This document shows, piece after piece, positions 10,856 to 21,839 of a stretch of DNA of 64,000 bases. The stretch's first letter is position 1; every line of letters begins with the position of its first letter. The stretch lies in assembly GCA_040400605.1 (NCBI GenBank), contig JBBAPZ010000003.1, positions 170,577 to 234,576 of the forward strand, written 5' to 3'. This DNA comes from Candidatus Sericytochromatia bacterium. GTDB lineage: Bacteria; Cyanobacteriota; Sericytochromatia; S15B-MN24; JAQBPE01. The notes beneath the pieces are model-generated. The model was given only the letters and a program-made list of their open reading frames with translations, was not told the origin of the DNA and made no database searches. A program made the position numbers and the translations under genes.

Positions 10856-10870
10856 GGATGCTCCTAACCC

Positions 10871-11179
10871 TCACACGTTGGTTACAGTGGTTGCAAGTTC
10901 CTCGAGACTGAGAGCAGCCAGTGTCCTAGCGAACTCTATCGGGTCTTCGCGATAAGCATTTGCCAAACGAAACTCGGCCGCCCGAATTGTCGCAACGCTT
11001 GGTGGCTCTGGCTGCCGCGCTTGTCGAACCATCGTGTCGGTCGGAATGGTAGTTGCCGATAATGTGCTTGCTTGCTCAGGCGTTGCTGCTGGTGTCAACT
11101 GCGGTGTCCGTCGTGCGATCGCACCCTGACCACCAATGGGTATCGAACCTGATGAAGTCAGTCTGTCCATATGTTTCAC
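10871..11179 (-). CDS. Hypothetical protein
   Basis: 102-aa ORF co-oriented with the downstream ORF; no recognised motif. Confidence 0.5.
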   Translation of the reverse strand: MKHMDRLTSSGSIPIGGQGAIARRTPQLTPAATPEQASTLSATTIPTDTMVRQARQPEPPSVATIRAAEFRLANAYREDPIEFARTLAALSLEELATTVTNV

Positions 11180-11686
11180 CCTCTGTTAATGACTTGCGGT
11201 GTAATACCGCCAGTAACCCAGTATAGGCCTTTCCGCGCCTGAATCAAGCGTTGCTCGCGACCTGTTAAGTGTATAGACTCCCTTTTGATGAAACTTGCGA
11301 GGTTAACAGCAGTTTATACAAGAAATTTTTGAGAATTTAACATGAACCAAATAAATTAAGCGGACAAAGCAATAGGCCATGCGCCTCAAAGTTAACGGTG
11401 ATCACATATTGGCACAACCCACCGATTGATTTCCGTGATCGAAAAAGGCGTGACCTGCAGGCGTTTCCAGCGTCATTGAGTTAAAGAAAAAGTTAAACAA
11501 CGTTTGTTTTTTAGGACGCAACGGTGGTCGCAATGGTGCAGTGGGACCAATAGGGGCACTCCCCCCCTAACATTCTGCGCCGGATTCGTGCTGTTTGCCG
11601 TGCGAATGCGTTGCGTAGCGCCGTTTGCACACGACACGCATGCTGTTGAAACTGCCAGAAGTGCCTGATTACCGCTTTAGGCCGTT

Positions 11687-12646
11687 TTACTTTAGCAGCC
11701 CGATGGCACGCAAGCGCTCGTTTAAAAAGTCTCCAGCGCTCACGGGGCCATAGCGACAGGGGTTTTCTGGCGTGATTGTCTCAGCGATGGGTGTCAGATC
11801 GAATTCGGAATACGGGTGAACGAAAAAGGGCATTGAGTAGCGCGCCACGTTGGCACCCGCAGGGTTGACCACGCGGTGGGTGGTCGATGGGATCACGTGA
11901 TTGGTCAGGCGTTGCAGCATGTCCCCTGCGTCAACGACGAGCTGCCCTTCCGGTGCCTCGACAGGTAACCACGTGCCGTCGCGGGTAAGAATCTCGAGCC
12001 CGGAGGTGGTGGCTTCGCAAAGAATGGTGATCAAGTTGATGTCTTCGTGTGCGGCTGCTCGAACGGCGTGGGGATCCATGTGGGGTAACAATGGCGGATA
12101 ATGGATCGCACGCAGGATCGAGTTCCCTCCTTCGATCGATTTTGCGAAGTAGGCGCGATCCGACAGCTTGAAGTAATCTCCAAGCGCAAGAAGCATCAGG
12201 CGCGCAGCGTCCTCGAGCTGTGCGAAGAGCGTCAGGGTCAGTTCCCTCAATTCCGGTACTTCGCTCGGCCAAACATTGCTGGGGTACTCGTCAAAATAGC
12301 GATCGTGAGACGCCAATTCACGGCCCACGTGCCAGAATTCCTTGAGGTCGCCAACTGTTGAGTCTTTGGCATGCTCCTTGCCAAAACTGGTATACCCGCG
12401 TTGCCCGCCAGCCACCCGCTCGTATTGCTTTTTTTGCTCCAATGGCAATGCAAAAAGTTCTTGAAACAAGCGATAAGTCTTTTTAATCACTGCCGTTTCA
12501 ATGGTGTGGCCCTCGATTGCCACAAACCCAAAATCACGCAGGCCTTCACCCCACGTTTGAACAAATCTGCCTTTCTGTTCCGCTGTTCCGTGCGTGTAGT
12601 CACGCAAATCGATCACGGGAATTTGCTGGGTGGCAGACGTTGGCAT
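11687..12646 (-). CDS. 2OG-Fe(II) dioxygenase, isopenicillin N synthase family
   Basis: IPVIDL..GFVAIEGH, AAHEDINLIT (HxD), STTHRV, RYSMPFF (RxS). Confidence 0.92.
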   Translation of the reverse strand: MPTSATQQIPVIDLRDYTHGTAEQKGRFVQTWGEGLRDFGFVAIEGHTIETAVIKKTYRLFQELFALPLEQKKQYERVAGGQRGYTSFGKEHAKDSTVGDLKEFWHVGRELASHDRYFDEYPSNVWPSEVPELRELTLTLFAQLEDAARLMLLALGDYFKLSDRAYFAKSIEGGNSILRAIHYPPLLPHMDPHAVRAAAHEDINLITILCEATTSGLEILTRDGTWLPVEAPEGQLVVDAGDMLQRLTNHVIPSTTHRVVNPAGANVARYSMPFFVHPYSEFDLTPIAETITPENPCRYGPVSAGDFLNERLRAIGLLK

Positions 12647-13278
12647 AAACGCCCTCCTGAGGCAGAAAGGGGGAAGATTCGCGGGATTACACCGCGCAGT
12701 CGGGGTAAGGTCAGACGACGCTCGTCACGACACTCATACCCATTTGGGATAGTAAATCTCAGGTGTCGTCGTAGTAAAATTATCCGGTTTAATATCGGGC
12801 TTCGTCCGTAGCCATACCGTGACACGCAGGTTTGTATCAAAAACCATCTGACGGTAAGCGAATGGAACCAAGCGACCGTACCGCATTTCAACGGCAAGAA
12901 ACAAGGATTTAAGGCAGCCTGTTGCGTGTTTTTACACCCGCGTGGTGCTTGCTGCGCCATGCTTACATCTGGGAATGCAAGAACCTTAGGCAGGCACACA
13001 CGGTTGCTTCATTAGTAACCAAAGTTTGGTCAGAGAACAAACCGTTTCTGTATGGGGGTTATCGTGATGATTGGCATCAGCGACCACGTTTTGGGATCCA
13101 TCAGGTTTTCAGTTGTGCATCAACGCCCGATAAAAGGTAAATTGCGGGCTAAACCCCAGTTAATTTAAATCTAAAATCGACAAGATTTCGTACTGAGCAG
13201 GGGATAATCTGGGTGTCTGCGTTTGTTTGGAATGGTTTGATGGTTCGAGAGTCACGCAACACCGATCGAAAAGTTAGA

Positions 13279-13914
13279 ATGGGTATTGTGTCGCAACGCG
13301 CTTCGGGCGTTTCGCGCATTAATGCGACGATTGACAGAGGGGATCCTGGTAACCCCTGTGCGGATCGCTTCACCGATGTGTTGGGTCTTCAGGGCTTGTT
13401 GCAGGATGGCACAAAGCTCGTTGCCTTACAGTCGTCTGCCTCTAGTGTGGCAGGGACTGTTGCCCGGAACCTCAACGCTGTGGTGATGGGTCATCGCCTG
13501 GCGATGGGACCTGCGTTGCGGTTGAGTGAGCGGCGTTTGGCGCATGCGGCGCCTGTCACCCAAAGGGTGTTTAAACCTTTACTGAACGCTGGGCAAGCCA
13601 CAGCACGTTTCGGTGCCGCCTTCGGTAGATATGGGCCTGTCATCAGTTTGCCGTTTGCCGTTTATGATGTTTACAAGGCAATCTTGGAGACCGAGCCGCA
13701 AAAAAAGCGGGCAGCTTCCTTCAATGCATCGATGACCGTGCTGGGTACCGGGTTTGGGACGGTTGGGGTGATGGTGGCCTCCGTACCCATTGCGGTGTTT
13801 TGTTTGGCGTTGTCTGCTGGAATCGGCGCCTTTCAATTGTCAGATGCATATCTCAATAAGGGGCGTGTGAATCAGCAACTTGGCGATCGCTTTTTTTATT
13901 GGATGCGGGGCTAG
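13279..13914 (+). CDS. Hypothetical protein with C-terminal hydrophobic helices
   Basis: Open frame 13213..13914, ATG at 13279; Gly/Ala-rich hydrophobic segments in the last third. Confidence 0.55.
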   Translation: MGIVSQRASGVSRINATIDRGDPGNPCADRFTDVLGLQGLLQDGTKLVALQSSASSVAGTVARNLNAVVMGHRLAMGPALRLSERRLAHAAPVTQRVFKPLLNAGQATARFGAAFGRYGPVISLPFAVYDVYKAILETEPQKKRAASFNASMTVLGTGFGTVGVMVASVPIAVFCLALSAGIGAFQLSDAYLNKGRVNQQLGDRFFYWMRG

Positions 13915-13985
13915 CTGATCGCACGTGCTTGAAGTAACATCATAGCCGTTCACACAGAGGATGTGGGCGCTCGTGGAGGGGCCAC

Positions 13986-15422
13986 ATGCGGGCACGACGC
14001 TTGGCTGTCATTCTGGTGTTGCTGACTTGGGCGTGTACGCAGCCGCGCGGTGGCGTGCCAACCACCGTACAAAGCGCTGGCTCCGCGGGGGCAACGCCGC
14101 TTCTTGACTCGCCTGCCCCGACTGCGTCAGGGAGCCAGACCGTATCGCCGAATCCGGTGCCGCCTGTGTTAAAACTGGTTGCTCCCACTGTCCGGGACGA
14201 TTTTACGCGGTTGCTCCTGACCGTGACTTTTTCGGTGAGTACGGAGGCGAACCAGCCGATCAAGGGTGCCGAGATTTACTACGACGGGGTATTGGTCAAG
14301 TCTTTCGAAGGTCCAGGGCCCGTTTACAGTTGGGATGAGTGGAATCCGAACCAGATTAACGCGTCAGGCAAGCCAGCGGATGCCCAGAGCGTGGGGCCCG
14401 GCACGCATACCTTGCGGCTGGTTGCGCTGAGCGTCAGTGGTTTGCAAGGGAGTTTGGAGTGGACGTTCAACAAACCGTTGAGGCTGGGCGCGTGGGAGCC
14501 GATGGCTGCTGCACCGGTCGTGCTCAGTCATACGCATGTTTACCCGGACAGCGCATCGCCACCGACCATTTTTTCGCTTTGGGGCAGTGTGGATGGCATC
14601 GACACGACGGTACAACCACGGCGTCAAAATTATGCTTTCAACCCCGCGGGTCAAGGGGCTTGGACTGAGGCCCGCTTCACTGGCACATCCGTCCCGCGCG
14701 CGCTTTATACATCGTGTGCGCATCCGAGTGGTCAATTGGTGTACGTCATTGGGGGGCGTACCGGGGCGACGGATTTAAGAACTGTGGACGTGGTGGCGCC
14801 CTTGCGTCGGGTCGCTGAGGCGTCGCTGGTGCCTTTGTTGGTGGCACGGCGCGAGGCGTCTGTGGTTTACATGCAGAATGCGTTGTATATCATGGGCGGG
14901 GTATCAGGCAGTTTGGGGCTATATGATGTCGAGCGAATCAGTTTGGGGCGCGACGGTTATCCGATCGGTGATGCGAAACGCATGGCAAGTCTCGTCAATG
15001 CGCGCTATGGTGCCAATGCGCACGTGTTCGGTGGGCGCATTTATGTGTTTGGTGGCGGATACCGGCCGATTGAGGTCTATGATCCTGCCACTGATGCCTG
15101 GCGATTTTTGACACAGACTGATGGAACGACGGTGGCCACACCGGAGGCATGGCGTAACAGCCTGATGATTCCAGTGGGCGATCGCCTCTATTTCTTCGGC
15201 GGCGAGAAAGAAGACGGACAGCCTGTGGATCGCATTTTTGAATTCAACCCCGGTACGAATATTTGGCGCGACTGGGGGCCCCTACCCCGTGCCCAGGATC
15301 AACCAAGCGGTCAAACGCGTTTGGCCGGCTGCTTTTTGGGCGACACCTTCTACCTTATTGGCGGGCAAAGACTTCCGGAACGTCGCTTGAGCGCGCAGGT
15401 GTTCAAATCAACCGTCTTTTGA
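13986..15422 (+). CDS. Kelch-repeat lipoprotein with an Ig-like N-terminal domain
   Basis: Signal peptide with LTWAC lipobox-like site; repeated VYVIGG, LYIMGG, IYVFGG, LYFFGG, FYLIGG kelch motifs. Confidence 0.85.
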   Translation: MRARRLAVILVLLTWACTQPRGGVPTTVQSAGSAGATPLLDSPAPTASGSQTVSPNPVPPVLKLVAPTVRDDFTRLLLTVTFSVSTEANQPIKGAEIYYDGVLVKSFEGPGPVYSWDEWNPNQINASGKPADAQSVGPGTHTLRLVALSVSGLQGSLEWTFNKPLRLGAWEPMAAAPVVLSHTHVYPDSASPPTIFSLWGSVDGIDTTVQPRRQNYAFNPAGQGAWTEARFTGTSVPRALYTSCAHPSGQLVYVIGGRTGATDLRTVDVVAPLRRVAEASLVPLLVARREASVVYMQNALYIMGGVSGSLGLYDVERISLGRDGYPIGDAKRMASLVNARYGANAHVFGGRIYVFGGGYRPIEVYDPATDAWRFLTQTDGTTVATPEAWRNSLMIPVGDRLYFFGGEKEDGQPVDRIFEFNPGTNIWRDWGPLPRAQDQPSGQTRLAGCFLGDTFYLIGGQRLPERRLSAQVFKSTVF

Positions 15423-16742
15423 GGAGCTGGGCGGAAAGTCTCACCCGCCAAACCCACTGGTGGAGGCGCGCGTTGGTATGCGTGGCGGAAAACGAAAGCG
15501 GACAAACTTCGCCGCGCTTGCGACACGTCGCCGCCAGAAATCCTGGAAATCAGGCGATCGCCTAACCAATTAAAAAATTCGACCCACAAAACAACCCGGA
15601 TCTGTTTGCGTGTGAAGTGCTCTTAAACATTCATTCACACGGTGCTTCAAGCACTGTTCAGTTTGAGGAAGTGGCGAACAGGCGTTGAGGCAACAGTTCG
15701 GTCACAGGGGGGGGTGCCCTGCCCGGGGGGGCATCAACTGCGCGATACACGACGCACAGGGTTCCATTCAAAAACAGTGTCGCATAAGTCAAAAAAAGGG
15801 CAGCACCTGCCATTACGTCACGCCAATTAACAAGCCGAGCACCAGTTAATGTATTTCCGTCTATTGCGAAACCTTGCAACCAATCGTCTGGACAACGCAT
15901 ACAAAAACGCTTGCAGCCGAAGCCCCGCAACGTTTTCTATCGATTTATGCAACCTCGGGAAAACTGTCAGATCGACTGAATCAGACGATAATCACAACAA
16001 AAATACGCCAAGGTATCCAGCCTGATACCGCGTTTCACAACCTGCATCGTCACAGCGAACAATCAACGTTCCTGATGAATGGCCTTGGTATGGGGTTCAT
16101 TCGCGACAGTATTCAGTGGCCATCGAAGTCAAACTGGCCTTAAAGGCGGTTTTCGTAGGCCTTTGTGGTTATTTTTTCCTGACTGCCACAGTTTGGGACT
16201 AAACAAGCGGGTGTGTTGAAATCCGTGAAAAAGCCAAGTTTTTATTGACGGAGCCATCGACCAGTCGTTACGATGATTGCTTACAGCCTGTACCGTTTTA
16301 GTCGGCTTGCCTACCCTGCCCGTATTTTTGCGGACTCCGACATCGTCGTAGAAAGACGAAACACTTGAAATCAGACGAGGTTCTGACGTCGACGCCAATG
16401 CTCAACACGGCTGTAGGCGTCTTTGTGTGCCAACGCATGCTTGGTGTTAACAAAGCGGGCAGGCCCGGCCGTGGCCGTGTGCCTGGTTTTGCGGTCAAGT
16501 CACTCGGCGGGTGGCACCTTGATGTCTGGAGGTTGGTTGGGGAGATTATAACTGGTCCGCGCGGTGTCAAATCCGTTGCCGACTTACACGTGAGACGGCC
16601 AAAAGCGCCCCAGTTCGAGTCTCCCGTGGCTAACCCGGTTGTTTATACTTCTCAAAATTGGAAGGGTTGGCCTTGTAAACTGATTGTTTGCCGGCTTTAT
16701 CTAAACTATTTGAAGTGACGTTCCGGGAGGTGGAGGTATTGG

Positions 16743-17780
16743 ATGACGCCCTTGTTTGAGCGATGTATGGATGTGAGCGCCGAGGAGTTGCGGCTGATGC
16801 GCTGGAACGCCCCAGGGGGCAAGGCTTGTGAATATGGGTTGATCTATCTGGATTCGGTGGTTCAGTTTCAAAGCCGCGTGTTGATGCGCTACACGGATAT
16901 GCGTGATCTTCGGACAAAAATGATGACACTGATACCTGAAATGCCCAAAGGTGGCGAGTCCGTGCAACTGGCTGGTCACGACGGTGTGATGGTGGGGCCT
17001 TGCGGAAGTGCCGTATTGGATGCACCGTGGTGGTCCGTGCCGAAAGCGCGTTTGGGGATTGATGGTGAGTTGGCCCTTTTGGCGTGTCACGCATCAAGTG
17101 GAATTTTGGCCGGTGTTTATCAACAGGCCAGGCTGTGCTGGCAACTGGGAGAGGACGATGGTGTGTTGCTGGCTTTGCAGCGCGCGTCTCGACTGTTGGG
17201 TAATTGCGGTGAGCGCGCGGCACTGCATGTGGTTGTGAGGTTTAAGCTGGCGATTGCCGCTCACCTGCAAGCGGATCAACAGCTCATGCTGGCTGCCAAT
17301 TTCTATCGTTCAGCCTTGGTGATATTTCCAAGTGAACAGCTTCCACTCACCTGTGTCATTCAATCAACGTATGAATTGGCGGCATGCGGCGCGTGGGTCG
17401 ACGCCGTCGGGGTGTTTAAAACATTGCTGACGCGTCTTGAGACAGAGACCGATTTGCCTTGTACGATGCTCGATACCAAGTCGGTTCGCTACTGGCGCGC
17501 ACGGATACCCATTCACATGGCCACAGTTTTCCAACGATCGGGCGATTACGAAGCCGCCATCGCAGCACTGCTTGAATCACTTGATGTCGCCTATGAAGAC
17601 TCGCATCACATTGATTGTGAACACGTCCGTCTTGCAACCGAACAGCTCGCAAGGGTGTGTGACAAGGCAAGATATTGGCCCGAAGCCCTGCGTTGGTATG
17701 AGCGATTGAACCTGCTCTGCCCCACTGCCAGGATTCAACGACGAATCAGCGCCCTGCGCCAGCGGGTGCATCAAGCCTAA
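16743..17780 (+). CDS. Hypothetical alpha-helical (TPR-like) protein
   Basis: 345-aa ORF with GGAGG RBS; TPR-like segments GDYEAAIAALLESL and WPEALRWYERL. Confidence 0.6.
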   Translation: MTPLFERCMDVSAEELRLMRWNAPGGKACEYGLIYLDSVVQFQSRVLMRYTDMRDLRTKMMTLIPEMPKGGESVQLAGHDGVMVGPCGSAVLDAPWWSVPKARLGIDGELALLACHASSGILAGVYQQARLCWQLGEDDGVLLALQRASRLLGNCGERAALHVVVRFKLAIAAHLQADQQLMLAANFYRSALVIFPSEQLPLTCVIQSTYELAACGAWVDAVGVFKTLLTRLETETDLPCTMLDTKSVRYWRARIPIHMATVFQRSGDYEAAIAALLESLDVAYEDSHHIDCEHVRLATEQLARVCDKARYWPEALRWYERLNLLCPTARIQRRISALRQRVHQA

Positions 17781-17972
17781 ACACTGACGCAGAGGTTGCT
17801 GTCTCAAAACCGATGCGAGACTGTATAGCGACAACAATACACCGGCGCTTCGAACGACAACCTCTCGTCCCAAGCATCCGATGCGCAACACTTCTTGTTT
17901 TGAAAGCATTTGGTCTCCCACCGTGTCTGAGGGTTTAACGACAAAGTGGGAGAGCAGGGGCGGCAGGATTGA

Positions 17973-19739
17973 TTAAAACACCACGTGACGGCCCTTTTGA
18001 CGGCGACTGTAGATGGCAACGGTTGTTTCCGCATCGCCAACACCCATGTTACCTGAGTCTCCGATACCCGATGCGCCAAACTCTTCCCAATCCATCGCCG
18101 AATCAGTGCCATCGTTTTCTTTGAGCATGCCACCGAGGATACGACGACCCCGTTGTATTTTTTGGTCGTCGCGGGTCCAGATCGAGATCGCCAGATCGTG
18201 TGGATTGGTGAGCAGGGCAAAGCGCAAGAATGCATCGAAACCATCAAGTGGCATGGCACACAAGATGGGCATGAAAAACTCCGTGGTGGTCAGGTTGAGG
18301 CGTTGCACGCCCTTGCCATCCCAGTTTGCTTCAATCCAGGACTCCGGGCGCAGATCACCAATGATGACCGGATCGATCACCTCCGCATGATCGCTATAAG
18401 CATCCCCAGAACGTTTACCACCCGCACGCACGATGGTATAGCCGGCTTGCCGCGCCCCCTCCTGAATATTGGTGACAGTCTGGGCCTCATGCACCATGTT
18501 GGGTCCAATCACCTTGATTTCTTCCGTATCCCGGGGATTGCTCACCCGCCACAAATCCATTTCCTGGTTGATCAGCGACAGCAGTTTGTCCAACACCGCC
18601 TTGGACCCCGCCACACCGTGCAAGGTCGTGCACTTGTGGCTTGAAAAACCCAGCTTGGAATAAGCCAAGCGTACCGCGATACGCTTCAGTTCATCATCGC
18701 TGAAACCATCGTCAACCCACGCCCAGTTGCAACCACCACCTTCGAACTTGAGCGTGCGCACCCCGCGCCCCGCGGCGATCGCACGCGCCGTTGCCTCAGA
18801 ACCAGTCAATGAGACCACCGCTACCCGCTCGTGGCTCGCCAACGACCCAACACCCTTGCCAAACCCTTCCAATTTGTACACTGCCGCCGGATTGGCACCC
18901 GCAGCCAGCAGCATGCGCATCATCACGGTGTTACAGATACCACCAAACGGATGCCCCTTGAAAATCATCGGGCTACCTGACATATAGCAACCGATGATCT
19001 GAATCACCGGTATTCCGTAAATGAAATTCATGGGCGTGATCACAGCCGAAATGCCGGCTGGCAGATAGCCGTTCTTCCAATAGGAATGCCCTTCCACCAT
19101 CGGTGGAATCAGTTCGCCTCTGAGGGCTTTCTCGGCGTTCCCACCAATGTGGTCAGCCGCGCGCTTGGCTTCCCAAAAGTCTTTTTCCGCCTCCAGCCGG
19201 GTTTTGGGTATCACATGCCGGATCTCACGCAATACCTCCTCCGAAAAATACTCCAGAAACCGTGAAAAGTTGTTAACGACCCATTTGCGATAAGCCACGG
19301 TCTCTTCCGACCAACTGAGGCCGCTCCAATATTCCCACGCGGCACCCACCGCCAATTCGACATCCTCGGCCTGGGAGTCTGGCACTTGGGTCAGCGATAC
19401 CCGCCGATCCCACAAGGCCTGCAGGGTCACCATGTTGCCTGCCAGCGGCTTGTACCACGATCCTGCGATCAGGTTATACACAGGAACGGGCGGATCCTGC
19501 GGGGTGCTTGGTAACTGCGTGTACGGAAAAATGTAGCCCCGCAAAGCCTCCATTTCCTCATCGCGCAAGCCTCCCTGAAACAGGCTGAAACGCGCACGAC
19601 GCACACCGTATTGTTCTGCGATCGGGTCCACCCCCAATTGCCCCGCAGCAACGAACCCCCGCACGCGCGCGACGGTCGCCTCGGGGTCAAATCGTCCCTG
19701 CGCATTCAACAAGTCGCCCCCGGACAGCGTCTGAATCAT
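17973..19739 (-). CDS. Divergent aldehyde dehydrogenase family protein
   Basis: TPMNF, LTGSEATA, FEGGG, HKCTT (catalytic Cys), TEFFMP, FGASG..SG motifs; GAGGAGG RBS before ATG 19739. Confidence 0.8.
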   Translation of the reverse strand: MIQTLSGGDLLNAQGRFDPEATVARVRGFVAAGQLGVDPIAEQYGVRRARFSLFQGGLRDEEMEALRGYIFPYTQLPSTPQDPPVPVYNLIAGSWYKPLAGNMVTLQALWDRRVSLTQVPDSQAEDVELAVGAAWEYWSGLSWSEETVAYRKWVVNNFSRFLEYFSEEVLREIRHVIPKTRLEAEKDFWEAKRAADHIGGNAEKALRGELIPPMVEGHSYWKNGYLPAGISAVITPMNFIYGIPVIQIIGCYMSGSPMIFKGHPFGGICNTVMMRMLLAAGANPAAVYKLEGFGKGVGSLASHERVAVVSLTGSEATARAIAAGRGVRTLKFEGGGCNWAWVDDGFSDDELKRIAVRLAYSKLGFSSHKCTTLHGVAGSKAVLDKLLSLINQEMDLWRVSNPRDTEEIKVIGPNMVHEAQTVTNIQEGARQAGYTIVRAGGKRSGDAYSDHAEVIDPVIIGDLRPESWIEANWDGKGVQRLNLTTTEFFMPILCAMPLDGFDAFLRFALLTNPHDLAISIWTRDDQKIQRGRRILGGMLKENDGTDSAMDWEEFGASGIGDSGNMGVGDAETTVAIYSRRQKGRHVVF

Positions 19740-20367
19740 CGTCGATCCTCCTCGTTTGCTCCACGAAACACGCAATTCATCACACGTTAGTGTACCAGTT
19801 TCCGCTATCGACAGGCCGTTGATCCATGCTTGCGTCAGCCGGGAAAGTGGTCATAACCAACCCACGTCTGAAATGATTGTACGACCGTTTCTTGTGCCAA
19901 CCCTTTCCCCGACGTTATATGGAAACGCGTTGATTGGTGATCAAATTTTGGTTGTTGTTCAAAAACAGCCGAAATTTCGTCCCAGGCAAATGAAAGGCGC
20001 ATGGCTGGTTCATTAGGCGAAATAAGGCTTTGAGACGAATAATCTTTTCTTAACCTGGCGCAGTTTGAAAGCCTGGCAGTGAGCAACGGCTTGGGATGGC
20101 TGCAGCTGTTCGACCTGATGGCTTCCGACGACCCGTGATGTCTTCTCGTCACGCGGGTCGTGCAAACTCGTCGCTTACGGGGACTCAAACGGTGCCAGGC
20201 GCTGATCGCGTGCCTTCGCACCTGTGTCCCCGTCGTAATGCCAAATGCTCTCACTGCTTGCACCCATTCCCTGCCATTAAATCGGTCAGATGCTTCAAGA
20301 ACAGCTTATTTTCAAAAAAATGCATAAAGAATGACGAAGGTGGGATCAATGTGAATCGAACAATAGC

Positions 20368-21315
20368 CGGTTAGGTTCCGATGTGGAAACACCGAATTGC
20401 ATCGCATTTCGATGCCGATCGTTCTGACGCCTGGTTCGTGTCGGGAAGCTGCGTGACGCTGCACTCGACCTTTGCGCAAGGCCGTTGAGGAGCAGTGCGG
20501 CTACATCGACCAGCCGACCACTCGTCGCGAGTGGCAATCCGGCAGCGCCGCCAGATGCAGCCAACCTTCCGTTATCGGCACATAGGTGATATCCGCTACC
20601 CCTGCCTGGTCTGGGGCTGTGCGAACGAAATCGCGCGCCATAATATTCTCGGCAATCGTGACCCAGTGTTTTGCGTCGGTTGTCTGCGGTTTGAATGGCC
20701 GCCTTCGCCGCGATGCAATGCCTGCATCACTGACCAGACGTGCCATCCGTTTCCTGCTGATTGGTACGTTACGCTCTTGCAGTTCTACGTGAACCTGCGG
20801 ACTGCCATAGGTCTTGTGACTCTCAGCGTGAATCCTGATAATCGCTGATTGCAATTAGCAATCACGACATTTATGTCCACTCTCTGGCCGTCTGCACCAG
20901 GCACAGAAGCCCGATCGTGAAACATTCAGCGTGTTTCAGGGCAAATGGACGGGTTCTCCGCTGCGATGAACGCGTATCTCACGCATTCTCCCTTGCAAGG
21001 AAGGCTGCCGCTTTTTTTAAAATTTCGCGCTCTATCCGCAGGCGTTTGAGTTTTTCACGCTCCGCCCCCGTCAGGCCGCCAGAATCGGCGAGTGGATTCC
21101 CCTTCGATTTGTTGAACCAATCGCTGAACTACCGAGGCGCAGATTCCGGGATCTTGCGCCAATTGCCGCGCGATCCGATCACCCGCGAGGCACAAAGCAA
21201 CCATCTCGGCTTTAAATTCTGGCGTAAACTGAAGACGATTTTTTGACATTGTGAACATCCTTTTACCCGCCTTAATTGTAACGGCATTTGTGTCCACAAA
21301 ACCGGAACAATTCCA
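20368..21315 (-). mobile_element. Decayed IS3-family insertion sequence
   Basis: Left IR TGGAATTGTTCCGGTTTTGTGGACAC starting at 21315; orfA MSKNRLQFTPEFK..REILKKAAAF (frameshifted, 21249-20979) with an A7G slippery site; orfB fragments TYGSPQVHVEL..ADITYVPITEGWLHLA..SRRVVGWSM*. Right end is degenerate and approximate. Confidence 0.85.
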
Positions 21316-21770
21316 CTACAAAGAGCACGTGCTCGAACGCCCAAGGATCTGACGGATTGAAAAAAATCCGAGTGTTGAATGCGAGGTCCGCAGCCTGGGT
21401 TGCGTCTTCATATAACCCTGGTTTCCCGGTTCAGATTTACCGACCGGCCTCTGCTGACCATACTCAAATCAAGTGGGGCACTCAGTCTGGTCAGGCATCC
21501 AGTGAGTGGTTCGAGGCCAACCTTCTTGTCGGCTTTTCCGCCGTTGGGACCATTGAGGCTTGGGATTACAATCATCCCTCTGACGCTTATGGCAAGTGGG
21601 CGGGTGCGTACACCAAGTTCAAGAATCGCCGCATCTACGGATACAGCGTTATGGGTACGGCGTACCTTCTGGATGCTCAGGACATTGTCAGGCAGGCGGT
21701 TCAGAACCCTGCATTTAACGCTACCCAAACTGGCTGGGTTAACGGGCAATACGTTAACCTCTATAATTAG
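21316..21770 (+). pseudogene. 3' remnant of a gene truncated by IS3, possibly a subtilase C-terminal region
   Basis: The annotated start (21288) lies inside the IS inverted repeat; IRVLNARSAA resembles the G-x-(L/I)-N-A-x-x-A end of S8 domains. Confidence 0.45.
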
Positions 21771-21839
21771 CGTTTCGCTCCTGCCGATACACCAGCCGTT
21801 TATATGCGGGCGCATTGAATCTTCCCAAGCGAGGTAGAT

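Noticed and set aside
16570..16635. tRNA-like fragment (GTTCGAGTCTCCC)
   Set aside because: The T-stem does not pair fully and no D or anticodon arm can be built.
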